Below are positions 60,301 through 64,000 of a DNA stretch of 64,000 nt, piece after piece. The position numbers were made by a program, and so were the translations under genes. Source of the stretch: Veleropilina oligotropha (lineage: Eukaryota); assembly GCA_048128005.1 (NCBI GenBank), contig JBEUKZ010000129.1:186001-250000 (forward strand). Reading direction: 5' to 3'. How positions within the stretch are numbered: the stretch's first letter is position 1; every line of letters starts with the position of its first letter. The notes under the pieces are model-generated. The model did not search any database, had not been told where the DNA came from, and was given only the letters and a program-made list of their open reading frames with translations.

Positions 60301-62630
60301 GTTAAATGGTCCATGAGTAACCTTCATTGTATCACTTAAAAGTGATTGGGTTGGGTAAACACAATGCCATGGAAGTCGTCATGTGAAAGTTTGCGGGTCT
60401 TCTTGAGTTCTAAATTGTCCACATCCCCAGTTGTGAAGGCTCCTGGTCGCATATTGGTAGGCAAAACAACACCATCTTCTTCAATCCTCTATCAAATGCT
60501 TTTCGCGTTAACTGTAATCGAGAAAACAATGTCATAATCGACTTCATCATCCTTGAAAACACTAAAATGGAGGTATTCATTATTCCGTCTTTCCGGTGAT
60601 GACCATATTGCGATTTTATATATACCATTTAGACCAGGAAATGGTGACGACATATTGTCATGTGTGGGTCTGCTGTTTGCATGTGACCGAACGATCCTTT
60701 GTTATTGCTCGAGACATTCGAATGATGGTCAAATGGACGGTGTGCATTGCGCCAGCACCAAATGATATCTCTTCATTCACGCCTGAATCACCCCAACAGA
60801 TGTGACAATGAGGTATGGCTGAATTGCATATCATGGGTTTAATGTGATTCACTTATCAACTCTCTTGCACTTAGCAGTTTTCAGCTGAAGGAGAGTCGAA
60901 TACGAAAGCGGTTGATCATTGAGATAATTTCAACATTACCAATAAGTTGCATCAATGTTATCCCAAGTACCAGATGCTTCGGCATTGCCCTTTTTCCCTT
61001 TGTAACATTTGTGCACAGGTCTTGCGACAAGGACAACACAAATATCTCATTTTCTGTCACTTAGCACACGAGTGGTGAAATCTTTTAAGAAATGACGAAT
61101 GATTAATTATATCACTCAGTAAGCACCTTAGATATGATCGCCATGACAATTTGGGGAATTCATTGTGGGAACGTGGCAACCTTGAGATGCTTCATGTAAC
61201 ATCTTTGACTCGGATCACTTATATCGTTAGGTTGCCAGACTTAAATATGATTTTCAAGCTGCATTATAGGCTTGGTGACTATTATCAAGTGTGAAATATA
61301 AGTGGCGTTCTCATAACATTGACATCCACTTGTACAATAGACGATGCCGAAAACTGGATCATGCCATATATAAAACCATCTGCTCGGATAGCGATGTTAA
61401 ACCGAGTTTCCGCCTGCTATGTGAATGGCTTTTTAAGAGGTCACAATGTGTTCGTTAAATAAATAAATTTTCACATTTCATCGTCAATCACAGCAAAGGG
61501 ATATTTCGGTCCTACTAGACGCAGAATTGTATCTTTATATAATTATACAGGGGCGGATCCAGGATTTTGAAGGGGGGGGGGGGGGGGGGCAACTGTTATC
61601 AAATATACTATCAACTGTTGGCCCGGGGGCGGGACACCACGCGAAAGAAAATTTGACAATCAACAGCCTGAAACCTCCTCTCCTGCACTGACAGGGCAAA
61701 AGCAATAATTCATTCATGAACCATTTTCACTAAAATATATGAGTAATTTTTTTCCTTTTATTCACAATCTATCATATGCATTTCTGCTTTCAAACGTGGG
61801 GTCCCGACCGCCTGTATCCCCATAAAAGTCAAGAAACGGTGTGAAACTCTATTCCCTCCTGCATTTGACACTAAATTTATTTCACTAAAATGTATCAAGA
61901 AATGTTTCGTTTTTCACAATCATTTTTTTTATTTTCTTGAGGGTCTAGATCCCCAGAAAATGTTGATAATTAATTATGTGATTCCCCCTCTCCTGTATTC
62001 CGCCAGTGCAAACGAGATATTTCTTACAAACATTTATGAACCGTTTTCATTAAAATGTATAAGAAAATATTTCGGGGCTTTTCGCAATGAAACACATGCA
62101 TTCCTCATTTTCAAAAGTTGGGATTGTCAGACAATTTTAACAATTAACGGTGTGAAACCCCTTCACATGCATTTTTACAGTGCAAACACGATATTTCTTA
62201 CCAGCTTCTATGAACAGTTTTCACTAAAAAGAAATTTTTCGTTTTTTGCCTCATTCAAACATATGCATTTTTTATTTTTAAAGGGGGGGGTCCTGGATCC
62301 GCTAGTGGTATACCACCAATGAACTTAATTAAATCATTTTGTTATATACCGATCATCGAGCAACCAATATTGAAGGGAAATATTGAAAATGTGACCAGTT
62401 ACATCACCAATCTTTCGATTGGTCGTATATGTTCAGGCAATACCTACGATAAATGGATCACATTTTGAGTAGTTGGGGTTCCCTACTTCAAAGACCCCTC
62501 AAAGCCGCACCCACCAATGCTCAGCTTGCAGACAACCTGATTGTGATAGGGAAATGGCCAAATATTATGAAAATAATCATCTTGAAAAATCCCCAGGGGG
62601 GGAGAGGGGGGGTCTATGGTGGGCCCTCTA
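57388..62630 (-). mobile_element. Old Academ-like element with degraded transposase
   Basis: TAG...CTA termini, 3-bp TSD TAT, subterminal C-run+TGGGGATTTTT inverted repeat, AAAATGGCGG-rich subterminal repeats (including a ~310-bp duplication at 57440-58080), minus-strand WGDSGVNEEISFGAGAMHT resembling an Academ motif. Confidence 0.65.
61548..62307. mobile_element. hAT-like MITE nested in the old Academ
   Basis: CAGGGGCGGATCCAGGA ... TCCTGGATCCGCTAGTG termini; TSD not clear. Confidence 0.6.
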
Positions 62631-64000
62631 TATCGTGTTGCTCGTGGTGTAGGCCTAATGGATATAAGAGTGTGGCTCCATATTAAAGCTCATGACTATT
62701 CTACGTTCAAATCTTCGGCTGGGAGCTCTGTTGTCCATAACTGGGTGGGTTTCAGTCAATACGTCAATTTTTCAGCAGGACTAGTGGCGATATTTCTAAA
62801 TTTGATGGTCCTGATTATGACTGAAATATTGTTGACCAACAAAAAAATGAAGTAACGTTCGACTGTTTTCCCTATTTGTAAAATTACCCAGGATACAACA
62901 GAGGACGTTAGCAGTCACGGTGTTCTTTACTGGCCTGAACGGTCCGGTGTTATAAGGGATATTAATCATCGGTCTAAATTACACTAAATCTTATTTTGTT
63001 CACCTTTATTCACAATTTATACAAGTAAAGTGACCAAAGAGTAAGATATTCGTGGTCGAGTATTAAACAACAGAAAAATACAATTGTGATATCAGAATAT
63101 GGAAGTAACAATTGGAAGCAGCAAAAGAGAATTTGGAGGCTCGAACAAATCCTATAATAATATTATTGTCACAATATCTTCGAGATAATAGGGACACATC
63201 CGTTTGCGAATTCCATTGATTTCTGGATAGATAGATAGATATTTATTTTCTTCTACATGTAAATACAATAATATTTTTTCTGTAATGCACCATTAATAAT
63301 ATATTTACAAGAGGAAGGACGACATCTGAGTCTATGACAGACTGTTCCTGTGTAGGCGATGTCGCCCTTGTAACATTATTATACCAAGATAAATATATAT
63401 ATAATAATAATACAATGTAGAGAAAGTAGTGTAGTGTTTAATTCAGTTTTTGTAAATAAGATACTAGCAATGATATTTGCAATTGGGCATTCATATAGAT
63501 TCATGTCATGGTAAGTCTACGTGAAAATAGAAATGGATAAAAAGTGATGTTTGTTGCTTATTTGATACTCGTTGCTAGTATTGGGCAATTTGTGTTTTGA
63601 TTATGCTGGTCGTGAATGGTTGTAAAGATGAAATATTTTTTGGTCTTGTTGATAAGCGTCCCCACAAAGCTGGCATTTAGCATAAGTAACTGCGATTATA
63701 TATAGCCCTATTGTGGCGTTGTATTATTGGATCGTGTCTACTGCGCGTGTTGTAGTGATGCACATGTGAATTTGTAACAAATATATTGTGTATTTGTATT
63801 GGTAATTTTTTGTGATAATATTTACAGCCAAGTTTATATAAATCGAGGTCGATCATGTCTGTTATCTTTAATATTTTTAAACTTTTGAAGATGTAATTTG
63901 TGTGATCGTTCTACTTAGCATTTACAATGAGTCTAACACATTTTTTTTGTAATTTAAACAATTTGTTTATATGCTCTTTTTTAATTAATGGACCCCATAA

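Noticed and set aside
63230..64000. LINE 3' end on the minus strand
   Set aside because: Composition is suggestive, but the sequence is too degraded to support with a definite motif.

Overview
This is AT-rich, intron-containing animal genomic DNA, most likely a mollusc or other lophotrochozoan (inferred from the SINE, Helentron-type and Academ repeats). Two host genes were reconstructed by hand with GT-AG boundaries and consistent phases. INTS10 (Integrator subunit 10) is on the minus strand: ATG at 32733, 14 coding exons and 545 codons down to 1171, with the 3' end outside the window. A complete 104-aa pterin-4-alpha-carbinolamine dehydratase (PCBD) gene is on the plus strand: 4 exons, 46260-51735. 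Introns and the intergenic region are packed with nested mobile DNA: Tc1/mariner split by a piggyBac-like element, three Academ remnants, two MULE transposase relics, Helentron-type elements with internal satellite arrays, a Penelope-like element, tRNA-derived SINEs, LINE relics, and 29-bp and 13-bp minisatellites. Three observations stand out. (1) A Penelope-like element carries an unannotated two-C2H2-finger ORF between its GIY-YIG endonuclease and a minimal hammerhead ribozyme. (2) A 4.1-kb foldback Academ with ~1.7-kb arms sits in INTS10 intron 1 and could be a hairpin-RNA source. (3) A 5.2-kb minisatellite lies between the A and B boxes of a tRNA-derived SINE head. All family assignments come from motif recognition, not database searches.
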